Assembly: GCA_001464935.1 (NCBI GenBank)
Contig: LNEL01000054.1
Location: forward strand, 21,407 to 85,406
DNA from: Gammaproteobacteria bacterium Ga0077536
Lineage (GTDB): Bacteria > Pseudomonadota > Gammaproteobacteria > Ga0077536
Reading direction: 5' to 3'
DNA: 64,000 bases
Shown: positions 50,182-61,648 of the stretch, one piece after another
How positions within the stretch are numbered: the first letter of the stretch is position 1
Layout: every line of letters begins with the position of its first letter
Program-made: the position numbers and the translations under genes
Notes under the pieces: generated by a model
Told to the model about the DNA's origin: nothing
What the model saw: only the letters and a program-made list of their open reading frames with translations
Database searches by the model: none

Positions 50182-51600
50182 TTAGCTGTTCTTCTTGATG
50201 TGCGCGCGCAGGCGCTGGCGTTTCTTGACCTGGCGTGCGGTCAGCGGGTTCTTGCGGCCCTTGAACGGGTTCTCGTTCTGCCGGAATTCGATGCGCACGG
50301 GGGTGCCCGTGAGCTTCAGCGCGCGGCGATAGAAGCTCGACAGGTAACGGCGATAGGTTTCCGGCACCGAGTCGGTCTGGTTGCCATGGATGATGATCGT
50401 CGGCGGATTCTTGCCACCCATGTGCGCGTAGCGCAGCTTGATGCGGCGGCCGTTGACGAGCGGCGGGTTGTGTGTCTCGACGGCGCGGTACAGCAGCTCG
50501 GTCAGATCGCTGGTCTGCACGTCGATATAGGCCGAGCGATGGGCCTCGTCGAGCGCGGCGAACAGTTCGCCGACGCCGGTGCCATGCAGTGCGGAGATGT
50601 AACGCGTTTCGGCGAAGTCGACGAACTCGAGGCGCCGATCGATCTGACGCTTCAGCTCTTCGCGCGCTTCGCCCGTCATGCCGTCCCACTTGTTGACCGC
50701 GACGACCATCGAACGTCCGACTTCGAGCACGCCGCCGAGCACGGTCAGATCCTGTTCGGTCAGCGAGTCGCGCGCATCGAGCACCACGATCACGACCTGC
50801 GCGGCGTCGATCGCCTGCAGTGTCTTCACCGCGCTGAATTTCTCGACGACGTCAGTGACGCGGCTGCGGCGGCGGATGCCGGCGGTGTCGATCAGCGTGT
50901 ACTGGCGGCCGTGCCGCTCGAGGGGAACCGACACGCTGTCGTGCGTCGTGCCCGGCAAATCGGCGGTGATCATCCGTTCCTCGCCGAGCATGCGATTGAC
51001 CAGCGTCGACTTGCCGACGTTCGGCCGGCCGACGATTGCGACGCGAATGCCGCCCGCGGTGTCGTCCTGTTCGAGATCTTCGGTCCGCGGCCAGCCTTTG
51101 GTCACGGTCGCGATCAGCTCGTCGATGCCGACACCGTGCGCGCCTGACACCGGCAGCGGTTCGCCGAGCCCGAGCGAGGCATATTCGGCACGCAGCATGT
51201 CGGCGTTCATGCCTTCGGACTTGTTGACCGCGAGATACAGCGGCTTGCCGCTGCGGCGCAGGCTGCGCGCGAGTTCCTGATCGGTGGCGGTGAGGCCTTC
51301 GCGCGCGTCGACGACGAACACGCCGGCGGCGCACTCGTCGAGTGCCTGCAGGGCCTGACGGGTGACGAGTTCGGCGAGCTCGCCGCGTTCTTCCGCGATG
51401 CCGCCGGTGTCGACGACGAGATAGGCCGCGCGGCCCACGCGGCCGACGCCGAGCTTCACGTCACGCGTGACGCCGGGCACGTCGGCGACCAGCGCGTCGC
51501 GCGTGCGCGTGATGCGATTGAACAAAGTCGACTTGCCGACGTTCGGCCGGCCGATGATCGCAAACGCGGGTTTGAGCTGTTGTCGGAGTTCGTGGGCCAT
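50182..51600 (-). CDS. der: Ribosome biogenesis GTPase Der
   Basis: Two GRPNVGKST P-loops, DTGG/DTAG, NKSE/NKWD, C-terminal KH-like domain. Confidence 0.98.
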   Translation of the reverse strand: MAHELRQQLKPAFAIIGRPNVGKSTLFNRITRTRDALVADVPGVTRDVKLGVGRVGRAAYLVVDTGGIAEERGELAELVTRQALQALDECAAGVFVVDAREGLTATDQELARSLRRSGKPLYLAVNKSEGMNADMLRAEYASLGLGEPLPVSGAHGVGIDELIATVTKGWPRTEDLEQDDTAGGIRVAIVGRPNVGKSTLVNRMLGEERMITADLPGTTHDSVSVPLERHGRQYTLIDTAGIRRRSRVTDVVEKFSAVKTLQAIDAAQVVIVVLDARDSLTEQDLTVLGGVLEVGRSMVVAVNKWDGMTGEAREELKRQIDRRLEFVDFAETRYISALHGTGVGELFAALDEAHRSAYIDVQTSDLTELLYRAVETHNPPLVNGRRIKLRYAHMGGKNPPTIIIHGNQTDSVPETYRRYLSSFYRRALKLTGTPVRIEFRQNENPFKGRKNPLTARQVKKRQRLRAHIKKNS

Positions 51601-51756
51601 GCTGCAGTGTAGGTGAGTTTGAGGGCGTGACGCGAAACGGGAACGAGAGGCCCGCTCGCCTGCGGGGTCGAACCGACGGGGCGGGCGGTCGCTGCCCCGA
51701 CTTGGCCCGCCGCTGTCGGAGGGGCCGGCGGCGGCGCTGCCGGCCGGGCGTCCCGG

Positions 51757-52977
51757 CTACTCGACGCTGAACGCCGCCATCTTGCCGGACGAACTGTACG
51801 CCGCGAGCGCCCCGCCGATGTCGATGGGCTTGGCGATGATGCGTTCCTTCGCGATGCGCTGGCGGGCGACGAGTTCGCCGGTCGCGGCGTCGAGCCAGTG
51901 CAGGTAGCCCTCGAAATCGCCGAATACCACGTAGTCGCGATAACGGGCGGGGCCTGTCAGCTGGCGGTTCTTGAGCTTCTTGTACTGCCATACCGACGAC
52001 CCGTCGGCGCGGCTGATGGCCCACACGTAGCCGCGTTCATCGGTGATATAGACGTTCGCGTCGTCGACCGCGACTTCGTTGTACGAGGAAATGTCGCGCG
52101 TCCATTCGAGGCTGCCATCACCGAGCGACACGGCGGCCACGCGGCCCTGGAAGCTGTCGATATAGGCCATGTCATCGAAGATCACGGGCTCGGCGTCGAT
52201 GTCGACGAGCCGCTCGAGTTCGGAGCGGCCCGACGGTTCGGCGAGGCGGGTTTCCCACAGCTCCTTGCCTGTCTCGAGATCGAGCGCGGTGAGGCGGCCG
52301 TTGTCGAAACCGGCGAGCACCATGCCGCTGTGAATCAGGGCGGGCGCCGTGCCGCGCAAAGTCAGGGTTGGGATCGTGCGATCGAAGACCCATCGTTCTT
52401 TGCCGGTTTCCGAGTCGAGCGCGTACAGCTTGCCGTCGCCGGTGCGCACGGCCACCACGCCATCGGCCGCGTTCGGCGCGGCGAGCACTTCGCTCGACAC
52501 ATCCGCCACCCAGCGCTTTTTGCCGGTATCCGCATCGCGCGCGACGACCTGCGCCTCGGACGTGCCGACGTACACCTTGCCGTCGCCGACGCCGGGGCCG
52601 CCGGAGATGCGGCGCTTCTTGTCCCGTTCTTCCCACACGACCTTGCCGGTCGTCGCATCGATCGCCATCACGCGGCCGTCGCGATCGGCGGTGAAGATCT
52701 GGCCGTCGAGCGCTGCCGGCAGCAGTTTGAGGTACAGGTCTTCGGCGCCCTTGCCGTAGCGGCCGTCCCAGAGTTCCTTGACCACGATTTTCGACTCGAA
52801 CTTCTTGTCGAGTTCGGCGGGCGCGAGACGGGCCGCCTCGCGCTTGGCCTCCGCTTTCTGTTCTTCGTCACCGAACCAGCCGGTGACTGAATCCTTGACC
52901 GCCACGGCCTGTTCGGCGCAACCGGCGATGAGTCCCGCCGCAGTGAGCAGCAGGACGATGTAAATGGGATGCTTCAT
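51757..52977 (-). CDS. bamB: Outer-membrane protein assembly lipoprotein BamB
   Basis: Lipobox IAGC, PQQ-like beta-propeller repeats, LTLRG, ELERLVDID. Confidence 0.93.
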   Translation of the reverse strand: MKHPIYIVLLLTAAGLIAGCAEQAVAVKDSVTGWFGDEEQKAEAKREAARLAPAELDKKFESKIVVKELWDGRYGKGAEDLYLKLLPAALDGQIFTADRDGRVMAIDATTGKVVWEERDKKRRISGGPGVGDGKVYVGTSEAQVVARDADTGKKRWVADVSSEVLAAPNAADGVVAVRTGDGKLYALDSETGKERWVFDRTIPTLTLRGTAPALIHSGMVLAGFDNGRLTALDLETGKELWETRLAEPSGRSELERLVDIDAEPVIFDDMAYIDSFQGRVAAVSLGDGSLEWTRDISSYNEVAVDDANVYITDERGYVWAISRADGSSVWQYKKLKNRQLTGPARYRDYVVFGDFEGYLHWLDAATGELVARQRIAKERIIAKPIDIGGALAAYSSSGKMAAFSVE

Positions 52978-52978
52978 G

Positions 52979-53641
52979 TCAGTTGCCGGCCTGCTCAAGG
53001 CCCAGGCTCTCGATCTTCAGTTCCAGCAGGCGCGGATCCGCTCCACTGTCGGCCATCGCCGTCTGGGCTGCGCCGTAGGCCTTCGCGGCCTCGGGCTTCC
53101 TGCCGAGCGCGGCGAGGATGTCGCCTTCGATCTCCGCGAACTGACCGGCCTGTCCCTTGCCGACCTGCTGCAGGGTTTGCAGCGCGGCGTCGGCGTTGCC
53201 TTCGGCAAGGATGATCTGCGCCATGCGCGCGCGCGCAATCGCGACCAGTTCGTCGCCGCCGGCATTGTCGATCACCCACTGCAGGTGCTTCTTCGCGTCG
53301 TCGAGCTTCGCGTCATCGACGGCGAGCTTGGCCATCAGCAGCGCCGTCAGGCGCGCGTAGGTGCTCTTCGGGTAGGCCTCCAGGATCGCCTGGCCCGTTT
53401 CCATCGTTTCCTTGCCGCCGCCCTGAATCGCGAGATTGAGGAACTGCTCGTAGTTCACCGAGGCGTTTTCCGCCTGGGCGTCCTGCATGCCGTTCCAATA
53501 GCGATAGCCGCCGAGGCCGCCGAGCCCGACGATCAGCCCCAGCACGATGCCCTTGCCATTGTCCTGCCACCATTTCTTGATGGCATCGACCTGTTCGCGT
53601 TCCGACGTATAGCCTTCCACCTGGGTCTTCTCCTCGATCAA
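52979..53641 (-). CDS. yfgM: Ancillary SecYEG translocon subunit YfgM
   Basis: SEREQVDAIKKWWQDNG, TM helix, TPR-like helices. True start may be GTG 53620. Confidence 0.9.
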   Translation of the reverse strand: MIEEKTQVEGYTSEREQVDAIKKWWQDNGKGIVLGLIVGLGGLGGYRYWNGMQDAQAENASVNYEQFLNLAIQGGGKETMETGQAILEAYPKSTYARLTALLMAKLAVDDAKLDDAKKHLQWVIDNAGGDELVAIARARMAQIILAEGNADAALQTLQQVGKGQAGQFAEIEGDILAALGRKPEAAKAYGAAQTAMADSGADPRLLELKIESLGLEQAGN

Positions 53642-53717
53642 TGGCCTCTGGACGAGCGGCGCCTGTGCGCCGTCGCGGCGGGCCGGCGATTATAGCCTGT
53701 CCCGGCGCGGCGTCCCG

Positions 53718-54995
53718 TTACTGGCCGAGCATGGCCGCGACGGTCCCGATCAGGGCCTCGCGTCCAAGACGCTGTTGTTCCCCCTGGCCGCGCAGCGGTT
53801 TCACGGTGACCGTGCCGTCGGCGAGTTCGTCGCCACCGATGATCAGCGCCAGCCGGGCGCCGGTGCGATCGGCGCGCTTCATCAGGGCTTTCATGCTGCC
53901 GCCGCCGCATACGCAGATCGTGCGCGCGCCCGGCAGCGCGCTGCGCAGGGTTTCGGCGAGCAGCAGGGCGGCCTGCATTTCGGCCTCCGAGGTGCCGACG
54001 ACGCAGAGCTCGGCTTCGGCATCGTCGCCGCCCTCGTGCTGGGCCATGAGCTCGATCAGACGCTCGAGCCCCATCGCGAAGCCGATCGCCGGTGTCGGCT
54101 TGCCACCCATCAGTTCGACGAGACCGTCGTAGCGGCCACCGGCACAGACCGTGCCCTGGGCGCCGAGTTCGGTCGTGATCCATTCGAAGACCGTTTTGCC
54201 GTAGTAATCGAGCCCGCGCACCAGCAGCGGGTTGACCACGAAGCCGATGCCGGCGGCCGTCAGCGTGGCGCACACCGCGTCGAAGTGCGCGCGCGAATCC
54301 GCTTCCAGATAATCGGCGAGCCGCGGTGCGCCATCGATCAGCGGGCGCATCGCCGGATTCTTCGAATCGAGGATGCGCAACGGATTGCGCTCCAGACGCA
54401 GCCGGCTGTCTTCATCGAGCGCGTCGGCGTGGCCGCGAAAATAGGCCGTCAGCGCTTCGCGGTAACGTTCGCGCTCGGCGCTGACGCCCAGCGTGTTCAG
54501 TTCGAGCCGCAGATTCGCGAGGCCCAGGGCCTGCCAGATCCGCGCGGTCATCAGGATCAGCTCGGCATCGATGTCCGGCCCGGTCATGCCGTAGGCTTCG
54601 GCGCCGATCTGGTGGAACTGACGGTAGCGGCCCTTCTGCGGGCGCTCATGCCGGAACATCGGTCCCGCATACCACAGCCGCAGTTGCGGTTGCTGATGCA
54701 GCAGGCCGTGCTCGAGCACCGCGCGCACACAGCCCGCGGTGCCTTCCGGGCGCAGCGTCAGCCGGTCGCCATTGCGATCGGCGAAGGTGTACATCTCCTT
54801 CTGCACGATGTCGGTGGTGTCGCCGATCGAGCGTTCGAAGACGCCGGTCGCTTCCACGATCGGCAGGCGAATCTGCTGATAGCCATACGCCGCGAGCACA
54901 CTCGCGACGCGCTGTTCGAGGTGTTGCCAGCGCGCGCTGGCCGGCGGCGCAACGTCGTTCATGCCGCGTATCGCGCGGAGTTCCTGTTTCACCAC
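53718..54995 (-). CDS. hisS: Histidine--tRNA ligase
   Basis: [42 protein letters not shown]. Confidence 0.98.
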   Translation of the reverse strand: MVKQELRAIRGMNDVAPPASARWQHLEQRVASVLAAYGYQQIRLPIVEATGVFERSIGDTTDIVQKEMYTFADRNGDRLTLRPEGTAGCVRAVLEHGLLHQQPQLRLWYAGPMFRHERPQKGRYRQFHQIGAEAYGMTGPDIDAELILMTARIWQALGLANLRLELNTLGVSAERERYREALTAYFRGHADALDEDSRLRLERNPLRILDSKNPAMRPLIDGAPRLADYLEADSRAHFDAVCATLTAAGIGFVVNPLLVRGLDYYGKTVFEWITTELGAQGTVCAGGRYDGLVELMGGKPTPAIGFAMGLERLIELMAQHEGGDDAEAELCVVGTSEAEMQAALLLAETLRSALPGARTICVCGGGSMKALMKRADRTGARLALIIGGDELADGTVTVKPLRGQGEQQRLGREALIGTVAAMLGQ

Positions 54996-55043
54996 ATGCT
55001 CCGGAATTGGGTCTGGACAGTCCGCCGGGGGTCGACCCGGCGT

Positions 55044-55994
55044 TCAGGGTTCGCCGACGGCCATCCGCGCGACGCCGTTGATCGCGTGCGCGCCGACGTC
55101 GACCGCGGCGCCGCGAAAATTCACCGTGACGGCCGGTGCGTTGCCGATGACGAGATCGTAGGGGGCCTTGCCCGTCACGGCGACGCGCTCGCCGCCCTTG
55201 ATGAGCCCGAAATGCAGCCGCGTGCGATTCAGATCGGTGACTTCGACCCACGAATCCCGCGCCGCGGCGAGCACCAGCTCGCCGTTGACCGGCGTTGCCG
55301 GCGGCGTCGGCGGGGCGTCGGCGGTCGCGGGCTCTGTCCCCGCGGCGGCCTCGGGGGCCGCGGCAGCCGCCACGGCGCCCAGCGCCGGCAGCGTGTCGTC
55401 GACGGCCGGCGGCGTCGAGCCGTCACTCTGGCGTCGCCAGGTTTCGGGCTGCGCGAGCGGCGCGCCGGCGTGTTCGACGATCGTGAAGGTGTAGGGCAGC
55501 GGAATCGACGGTTCCGGCGCGATGGCCGGCGCGGACGACAGGGATTCGTCGCCGCTGTCGGGCGCTGCGACCTGGCTGCTGTAATGACGCTGCCACCACA
55601 CGGCGATCAGCACGATGACCACGGCAATCAGCGCGTAGCTGATGAACTGGATGCGTTTGCTCGAACTCGTGATCTGGGCCGGCGCGCGCGATTCGAAGTC
55701 GGCCAGCACGGGCTCGGCGACGTTGGCGAGCGCTGTGTACTGCGCGAGCGCCTGGGTCGGATCGATGCCGAGTTCCTTCGCAATCGAGCGGATGTAGCCC
55801 TTGGTGAAAGCCGGACCGGGCAGGCGTTCGTAGGCCTCGGTCTCGACCGCTTCGATCACTTTCGGCTCGAGCCGCAGCCGGGCGGCGAGTGCGTCGCGCT
55901 CGAGCCCAGCCGCTTCCCGCGCCTCGCGCAGGATGGCACCGGGCCCCTGCGCGACCCGCGCGGCGCTTGGCATCTGCTCGGGGGTGGTCTGCAC
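55044..55994 (-). CDS. rodZ: Cytoskeleton protein RodZ
   Basis: N-terminal HTH (GAILREARE...FTKGYIRS), TM helix, C-terminal DSWVEV...IGNA domain. Confidence 0.9.
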   Translation of the reverse strand: MQTTPEQMPSAARVAQGPGAILREAREAAGLERDALAARLRLEPKVIEAVETEAYERLPGPAFTKGYIRSIAKELGIDPTQALAQYTALANVAEPVLADFESRAPAQITSSSKRIQFISYALIAVVIVLIAVWWQRHYSSQVAAPDSGDESLSSAPAIAPEPSIPLPYTFTIVEHAGAPLAQPETWRRQSDGSTPPAVDDTLPALGAVAAAAAPEAAAGTEPATADAPPTPPATPVNGELVLAAARDSWVEVTDLNRTRLHFGLIKGGERVAVTGKAPYDLVIGNAPAVTVNFRGAAVDVGAHAINGVARMAVGEP

Positions 55995-56785
55995 TAGTTC
56001 AACTCGCCGCGCAGCAGTTGCCCGGTCTCGCGAGCGTCGGGGAACCTGTTTCGCAGCATCACCGCGTAGCTCGCGGCCTTGTCATCGTTGCCGAGCGCCT
56101 TCTCGATGCGGATGCCGAGCGCCAGCGAACGCGGCGACTGCGGCGCGACTTCGAGATAGCGGGTCAGGTAGCGCTGCGCCTCCTGCAGTGCGCCCCGCTC
56201 GTGGCTGATCTGGGCCATCTGCAGCAGCGGCAGTCCAATCCGCGGGTTCTTCGCGAGGGCCGCGCGGAAGTATTCCTCGGCGGTCGTCATGTCCTTCGCC
56301 TGCATCGCGCACAGGCCGGCATTCGTCAGCGCCACTTCGGGCGTGCGATACAGCGGATTCTTCACCGCTTCCATGAACTTCGCCTGGCCTTCCTCGAAGC
56401 GCTCCTGCTGGCACAGGAACTGGCCGTAGTTGTTCAGCGCCATCGGGTTGTCCGGGCTGCTGCGCAGGGCCTCCCTGAAGCTCGCGTCGGCCTGGTCGAA
56501 CTGTTGCAGGCGGTTGCGCAGCAGGCCCATCGCGTTGTGGGCGTCGGCATAGTTCGGGTCGGTCTCGATCGCCTTTTCGAGCTTCTTCAGCGCCAGCTCG
56601 TTGTCGCCGTCCTTCATGTACTCGACGCCGAGCTGGGTGTTGAGCGCGGCGACCTTCAGGCGTTCCTCGCTGGCGGCGTTGGGCTTCTGCGGCGACGAGG
56701 ACTGGCAGCCGCCGAGCAGCAGCGCACCGAGCAGCATCAGCAGCGGACGGGCAACGGCGACCGGGCGGTTGGCGACTCGCGACAT
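55994..56785 (-). CDS. pilW: Type IV pilus biogenesis/stability lipoprotein PilW/PilF
   Basis: Lipobox LGGC, QLGVEYM, LNNYGQFLC, NAGLC. TPRs; lies between rlmN and rodZ. Confidence 0.92.
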   Translation of the reverse strand: MSRVANRPVAVARPLLMLLGALLLGGCQSSSPQKPNAASEERLKVAALNTQLGVEYMKDGDNELALKKLEKAIETDPNYADAHNAMGLLRNRLQQFDQADASFREALRSSPDNPMALNNYGQFLCQQERFEEGQAKFMEAVKNPLYRTPEVALTNAGLCAMQAKDMTTAEEYFRAALAKNPRIGLPLLQMAQISHERGALQEAQRYLTRYLEVAPQSPRSLALGIRIEKALGNDDKAASYAVMLRNRFPDARETGQLLRGELN

Positions 56786-56786
56786 A

Positions 56787-57881
56787 TCAGGCCCTCAGTT
56801 CCTCTTGCGCCTTGCGTTGCCGGGCACTGCGTGCCTGGACCTGTCCGACGAGTTGCCCGCACGCGGCGTCGATGTCTTCGCCGCGCGTCTTGCGGGTGAT
56901 CGTCAGCAGGCCCGCCTTCGACAGCTCCCTGCGGAAGGCGTCGATGGCCTCCGGCGTCGAGCGGCGGTAATCCGCGCCGACGACCGGATTGTACGGAATC
57001 AGGTTCATCTTCGCCGGCACGCCGCGCAGGATGCGCACGAGTTCGCGCGCGTGCTCGGGCGTGTCGTTGATGCCGTCGAGCATCACATACTCGAAGGTGA
57101 TGTGCTCGTGCGGATTTTCGGCTACATAACGCTTGCAGGCGTCGAGCAGTTCCGCAATCGGGTAGGTGCGGTTCAGCGGCACGAGTTCATCGCGCAGCGG
57201 GTTGTTCGGTGCGTGCAGCGACACCGCGAGGCTGACCGGACATTCATTGCGCAGCCGCTCGATGCCTGGCACGTGACCGGCGGTGCTGAGCGTGACGCGT
57301 TTGCGACCAAGGTTGTAGGCGTTGTCGTCGAGCATCAACCGCATCGCCGGCACCACGGCGTCGAAGTTCAGCAGCGGCTCACCCATACCCATCATCACGA
57401 CGTTGGTGATCCGGCGCTGGGTTTTCGGATGCTGGCCGAGATGGCGCGCGGCGATCCACACCTGGCCAATGATTTCGCCGGTCGTCAGGTTGCGACTGAA
57501 GCCTTGCTTCGCGGTGGCGCAGAAGCTGCAGTTCAGCGCGCAACCGACCTGTGACGACACGCACAGCGTGCCGCGATCCATTTCCGGGATGAACACCGTT
57601 TCGATGGCCGCGCCGTTGCCGACGCGCAGCAGCCACTTCATCGTGCCGTCGGTGGATTCGAAGCAGTTGATGACTTCAGGCAGGCGGATTTCGCCGATTT
57701 CGTTCAGCTTGTCGCGCAAGGCCTGGCCGAAGTTCGTCATCTTCGCCAGATCCAGCACGCCCTGCTGATGCACCCACTTGATGAATTGCGTCGCGCGGTA
57801 GCCGCGCTCGCCATGTTCGACGAGCAGCGCCGCGAGCGCGGCGCTGTCGTAATCGAGCAGATTGACGCGCGACGTTTCCAT
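56787..57881 (-). CDS. rlmN: Dual-specificity RNA methyltransferase RlmN
   Basis: [15 protein letters not shown] radical SAM motif, [15 protein letters not shown]. Confidence 0.98.
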   Translation of the reverse strand: METSRVNLLDYDSAALAALLVEHGERGYRATQFIKWVHQQGVLDLAKMTNFGQALRDKLNEIGEIRLPEVINCFESTDGTMKWLLRVGNGAAIETVFIPEMDRGTLCVSSQVGCALNCSFCATAKQGFSRNLTTGEIIGQVWIAARHLGQHPKTQRRITNVVMMGMGEPLLNFDAVVPAMRLMLDDNAYNLGRKRVTLSTAGHVPGIERLRNECPVSLAVSLHAPNNPLRDELVPLNRTYPIAELLDACKRYVAENPHEHITFEYVMLDGINDTPEHARELVRILRGVPAKMNLIPYNPVVGADYRRSTPEAIDAFRRELSKAGLLTITRKTRGEDIDAACGQLVGQVQARSARQRKAQEELRA

Positions 57882-57886
57882 GCCGA

Positions 57887-58312
57887 TCAGCGCGGAAGCA
57901 GATCGCTTTCAGCGAAGAAGAACGCGATCTCCTCGCGTGCGGTTTCCGGCGCGTCGGAACCATGCACGGCGTTCTCGGAGATGTCCGTGCCGAATTCGGC
58001 GCGGATGGTGCCCGGCGCGGCCTTCTTCGGATCGGTGGCGCCCATCACTTCACGGTTCTTGAGGATGGCGTTCTCGCCTTCGAGCACCTGGACCACGATC
58101 GGGCCCGAGGTCATGAAGTCGACGAGTTCCTGGAAGAATGGACGTTCGCGGTGGACGGCATAGAAGCGGCCGGCCTGTTCAGGCGAGAGCTTCATCATCT
58201 TCTGGGCAATGATGCGCAGGCCCGCACCCTCGAGTTTGGCGAGAATGCCACCGATGTGGTTGGCTTTGACGGCGCTGGGCTTGACGATGGAAATGGTGCG
58301 TTCGATGGCCAT
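57887..58312 (-). CDS. ndk: Nucleoside-diphosphate kinase
   Basis: [37 protein letters not shown]. Confidence 0.97.
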   Translation of the reverse strand: MAIERTISIVKPSAVKANHIGGILAKLEGAGLRIIAQKMMKLSPEQAGRFYAVHRERPFFQELVDFMTSGPIVVQVLEGENAILKNREVMGATDPKKAAPGTIRAEFGTDISENAVHGSDAPETAREEIAFFFAESDLLPR

Positions 58313-58363
58313 GACCTGGAGGTCTCCTGGGAGTTTGCATAAGGCATTGAAAAAGCGGGGGGT

Positions 58364-58369
58364 ATTATA
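58364..58369 (-). promoter_or_regulatory. -10 box of the ndk promoter
   Basis: Perfect TATAAT on the minus strand followed by a C-rich discriminator. No good -35 found. Confidence 0.5.
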
Positions 58370-58501
58370 TTGGTTGCTGTGCACGAAAGCACGGCAAAAA
58401 GCAGGGCTGTCGAGGCTGGGTCCCGCGGGCCCGGCGCGGACCCGGGCGGCGGGCGGCAGGGCGGTTCGACGGGCGCGACCGCCGGCCCCTGGTCCGACAG
58501 T

Positions 58502-59065
58502 TCAGTACATGCCGGTCTGGAGGCGGGCCGCCTCGGACATCATGTCCGAATGCCACGGCGGGTCGAAGGTCAGTTCGATGGCCACGTCCGTCACGTTCGG
58601 CACTTCGCAGACCTTCCCGCGCACGTCGTCGACGAGGATCGGGCCCATGCCGCAACCGGGCGCGGTCAGGGTCATGTCGATCTCGACGCGATTGCCGCCC
58701 CCTTCCTGCGGGACGACCTCACAGCGGTAGATCAGGCCCAGTTCGACGATGTTGATGGGAATTTCAGGGTCGTAGCAGGTGCGAAGCTGGTCCCAGATCA
58801 GCGACTCGTCGACCCGCCCGGAGGCTGCTGCCTGCGTGTGCTCGACCGGTCCGGCGCTGCGTTCCATGCCGAGCGCGTCGACGTGCTCGGCCGAAATGCG
58901 GGCCAGGTTGCCGTGTACGTTGACCGTCACGGAGCCGCCGAGCGCCTGGGTGACGAAGACCTCCGTCCCGGCGGTGAGCGTCACCTTCGACCCCTCCGGA
59001 ATCATCACGGCCGGGCAATCGCGGGACAGGGCGATGGGCGTGCGGACGTCGAGCGAGGCGTTCAT
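58502..59065 (-). CDS. sufT: Fe-S cluster assembly protein SufT
   Basis: TQALGGSVTV, CYDPEIPINIVELGL, MTLTAPGCGMG, FDPPW. Confidence 0.93.
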   Translation of the reverse strand: MNASLDVRTPIALSRDCPAVMIPEGSKVTLTAGTEVFVTQALGGSVTVNVHGNLARISAEHVDALGMERSAGPVEHTQAAASGRVDESLIWDQLRTCYDPEIPINIVELGLIYRCEVVPQEGGGNRVEIDMTLTAPGCGMGPILVDDVRGKVCEVPNVTDVAIELTFDPPWHSDMMSEAARLQTGMY

Positions 59066-59083
59066 GTCGCTGGGATCTCCGGG

Positions 59084-60349
59084 TCAGCTGAGAATGTCGC
59101 GGGCTTTTTCCAGGGCCTTGAAGAAGCGGTCGAGGTCATCCTGCGTATTGTAAAACGCGAACGACGCCCGGGCCGTGCCTGCGAGGCCATAGTACTGCAT
59201 CACCGGCATCGCACAGTGGTGGCCGGTGCGGATGGCGACCCCCTGGCTGTCGAGCAGGACGCCGAGATCCTGCGGGTGCAGGCCTTCGATCACGAAGGAC
59301 AGTACGCCGGCCTTCTCACGCGCCGTGCCGATCGGGCGCAGGCCCGGGAAGGTGCCGGCGGCGCGCGTCGCGGCCTCGAGCAGGCGATGTTCATGGGCGA
59401 CGGCGCCCGCGAAATCGAGTGTCTGCAGGTAGTCGATCGCGGCCTTCAGGCCCACTGCGCCGGCGATGTGGGGCGTGCCGGCCTCGAACTTGTACGGGAT
59501 GTCGTTGTACTCGGTGTGCTCGAAGCTGACCGTCTTGATCATGTCGCCGCCGCCCTGCCAGGGAGGCATCATTTCCAGCAGGTCAGCCTTCGCATACAGC
59601 ACGCCGATCCCGGTCGGCGCGAACAGCTTGTGGCCGGAGAACGCGAAGAAATCGCAGTCGAGGGCGCGCACGTCGATGTTCGCATGCGCGACCGACTGCG
59701 CGCCGTCGATCAGCACCTTCGCGCCGGCCGCGTGCGCAAGGGCCGTGATGCGGGCAACCGGGTTGATGGTGCCGAGCGCATTGGACACGTGGCCGATCGC
59801 GACGAGTTTCGTGCGCGGCGTCAGCAGGCGCTCGAAAGCCGCCATGTCGAGTTCGCCGGCGTCGTTGATCGGCGCGACCTTGAGCACCGTGCCGCGGCTC
59901 TTCGCGAGCATCTGCCATGGCACGATGTTCGCGTGATGCTCGGCGGCGCCGATCAGGATTTCGTCGCCCGGACTCAGGAACTCCCGCGCATAGCTCTGCG
60001 CGACGAGATTGATGCTCTCGGTCGTGCCGCGCGTGAACACGATTTCCCGCGCATCGGCCGCATTCAGGAACTGGCGCACCGCTTCGCGCGCGCCCTCGAA
60101 CTCGTCGGTCGCACGCTGGCTCAGCGTGTGCACGCCGCGGTGCACGTTGGCGTTGGTCGCTTCGTAGTAGTGGCTGACCGCGTCGATCACGCGCTGCGGC
60201 TTCTGGGTCGTCGCAGCGTTGTCGAGATACACCAGCGGCTTGCCGTGGATCTGCGTCGCCAGGATCGGAAAGTCGGCGCGCACGCGCGCGACATCGAACG
60301 CGGCAGGCGCAACGGGCTGGGGAGCTGTCTGGTGGGCGGTCGCGTTCAT
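59084..60349 (-). CDS. sufS: Cysteine desulfurase (class II)
   Basis: [36 protein letters not shown]. Confidence 0.96.
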   Translation of the reverse strand: MNATAHQTAPQPVAPAAFDVARVRADFPILATQIHGKPLVYLDNAATTQKPQRVIDAVSHYYEATNANVHRGVHTLSQRATDEFEGAREAVRQFLNAADAREIVFTRGTTESINLVAQSYAREFLSPGDEILIGAAEHHANIVPWQMLAKSRGTVLKVAPINDAGELDMAAFERLLTPRTKLVAIGHVSNALGTINPVARITALAHAAGAKVLIDGAQSVAHANIDVRALDCDFFAFSGHKLFAPTGIGVLYAKADLLEMMPPWQGGGDMIKTVSFEHTEYNDIPYKFEAGTPHIAGAVGLKAAIDYLQTLDFAGAVAHEHRLLEAATRAAGTFPGLRPIGTAREKAGVLSFVIEGLHPQDLGVLLDSQGVAIRTGHHCAMPVMQYYGLAGTARASFAFYNTQDDLDRFFKALEKARDILS

Positions 60350-61647
60350 GTCGTTTCTTCCACGAGCGTCGGCAACGGCACGTCTGCGCGGCCCGCGAGA
60401 GCCGACGTCAGCCACGCGCGCAGCGGCGCGAATTCAACCTGTTCGACAACGGCCTGCGCGAACCCGAAGGTCAGCAGCGCGCGGGCTTCGTCGACCGGAA
60501 TGCCGCGTGACTGCAGGTAGAACACTGCGTCGCGGTCGATCTGGCCCACCGTCGCGCCATGCGCGCAGGCGACGTCGTCGGCATAGATTTCGAGTTCCGG
60601 CTTGGTGTCGATCTCGGCGGTCGGCGACAGCAGCAGGTTGTGACTGGCCTGCTTCGCCGAGATCTTCTGCGCGCCGGCGCGTACCAGCACCTTGCCGCGG
60701 AACACGCCGCGGCCGTCGCCATCGGCGAGCCCTTTGTACAGCTCTTCGCTCGTCGTGTGCGGCGCCTGGTGATCGATGAAGGTCTGGTGATCGATGTGCT
60801 GGCCGGTGCCGGCGACGAACAGGCCGTTCAGCGTGACCGTGGCGCCCGGCGCGGCCAGCGCCGCGTGGATTTCCATGCGCGTCAGCTTGCCGCCGAACGC
60901 GAACGAATACGAGGTGACCTGGCTGTCGGCGCCCGCGCGCAGGCGCACGCTGCCGATGTGGTTGGCATCTGGTGCTTCGTCGGCGAGGCGGTAATGCGTG
61001 AGCTGGGCATTGGCCGCGACGTCGATGTCGGTCAGCGCGTTGCTGAGATTCGCCGCGCCGTCGCGTCCGTGGTGGCACTCGACGACGACCAGCCGGCTGC
61101 GCTCGCCGGCACGCACGAGCAGCTGCGGCGCCGTGTGTCCGCGATGCGCCGCGCCCGCGTGGATGAACGCCACGACGATCGGCGCCGCGATGGCGCAGTC
61201 GGCCGCGACTTCGATCAGCGCGCCGTCCTGCATCAGCGCCACGTTCAGCGCATCGAACACCGGCGCGTCGTCCGCGGCACAGCGCTCGAAAACGGTGGTC
61301 AGCGCGGCCGGTTCCTCGTGCAGCACCGCTGACAGCGCGCGCACGCGCAGACCCGCCGGCAGGGCGTCGAGCGCCGACAGCGAGGGCGCGAAACGCCCGT
61401 TGACGAACACGATGCGCAGGGCCGCGCCGTCGATGAACGGAATGTCGCCGATATCGAGACCCGGCGTGGTGGCGACCGCGGGCGGCGCCAGGGTCAGCGC
61501 GCCGAGATCGGTGTACTTCCAGTCCTCGTCGCGCGGCGTCGGCAGTCCGCGCAGCCGCGCATGGGCCAGCGCCCGTTCGCGCAGCGGCGCGAGCGGCGTG
61601 TCGGCGTCGGCGCGAAACTCGCGCAACAGCGCTTCGAGCAGGGCCAT
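60346..61647 (-). CDS. sufD: Fe-S cluster assembly protein SufD
   Basis: EDWKYT, beta-helix core, [22 protein letters not shown]. Confidence 0.96.
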   Translation of the reverse strand: MALLEALLREFRADADTPLAPLRERALAHARLRGLPTPRDEDWKYTDLGALTLAPPAVATTPGLDIGDIPFIDGAALRIVFVNGRFAPSLSALDALPAGLRVRALSAVLHEEPAALTTVFERCAADDAPVFDALNVALMQDGALIEVAADCAIAAPIVVAFIHAGAAHRGHTAPQLLVRAGERSRLVVVECHHGRDGAANLSNALTDIDVAANAQLTHYRLADEAPDANHIGSVRLRAGADSQVTSYSFAFGGKLTRMEIHAALAAPGATVTLNGLFVAGTGQHIDHQTFIDHQAPHTTSEELYKGLADGDGRGVFRGKVLVRAGAQKISAKQASHNLLLSPTAEIDTKPELEIYADDVACAHGATVGQIDRDAVFYLQSRGIPVDEARALLTFGFAQAVVEQVEFAPLRAWLTSALAGRADVPLPTLVEETT

Positions 61648-61648
61648 C

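Noticed and set aside
51640..51750. GC-rich hairpins between bamB and der (also 58410-58500 and 44820-44910) as a third repeat family or terminators
   Set aside because: No clear mutual similarity and no U-tracts; compatible with chance pairing at very high GC.
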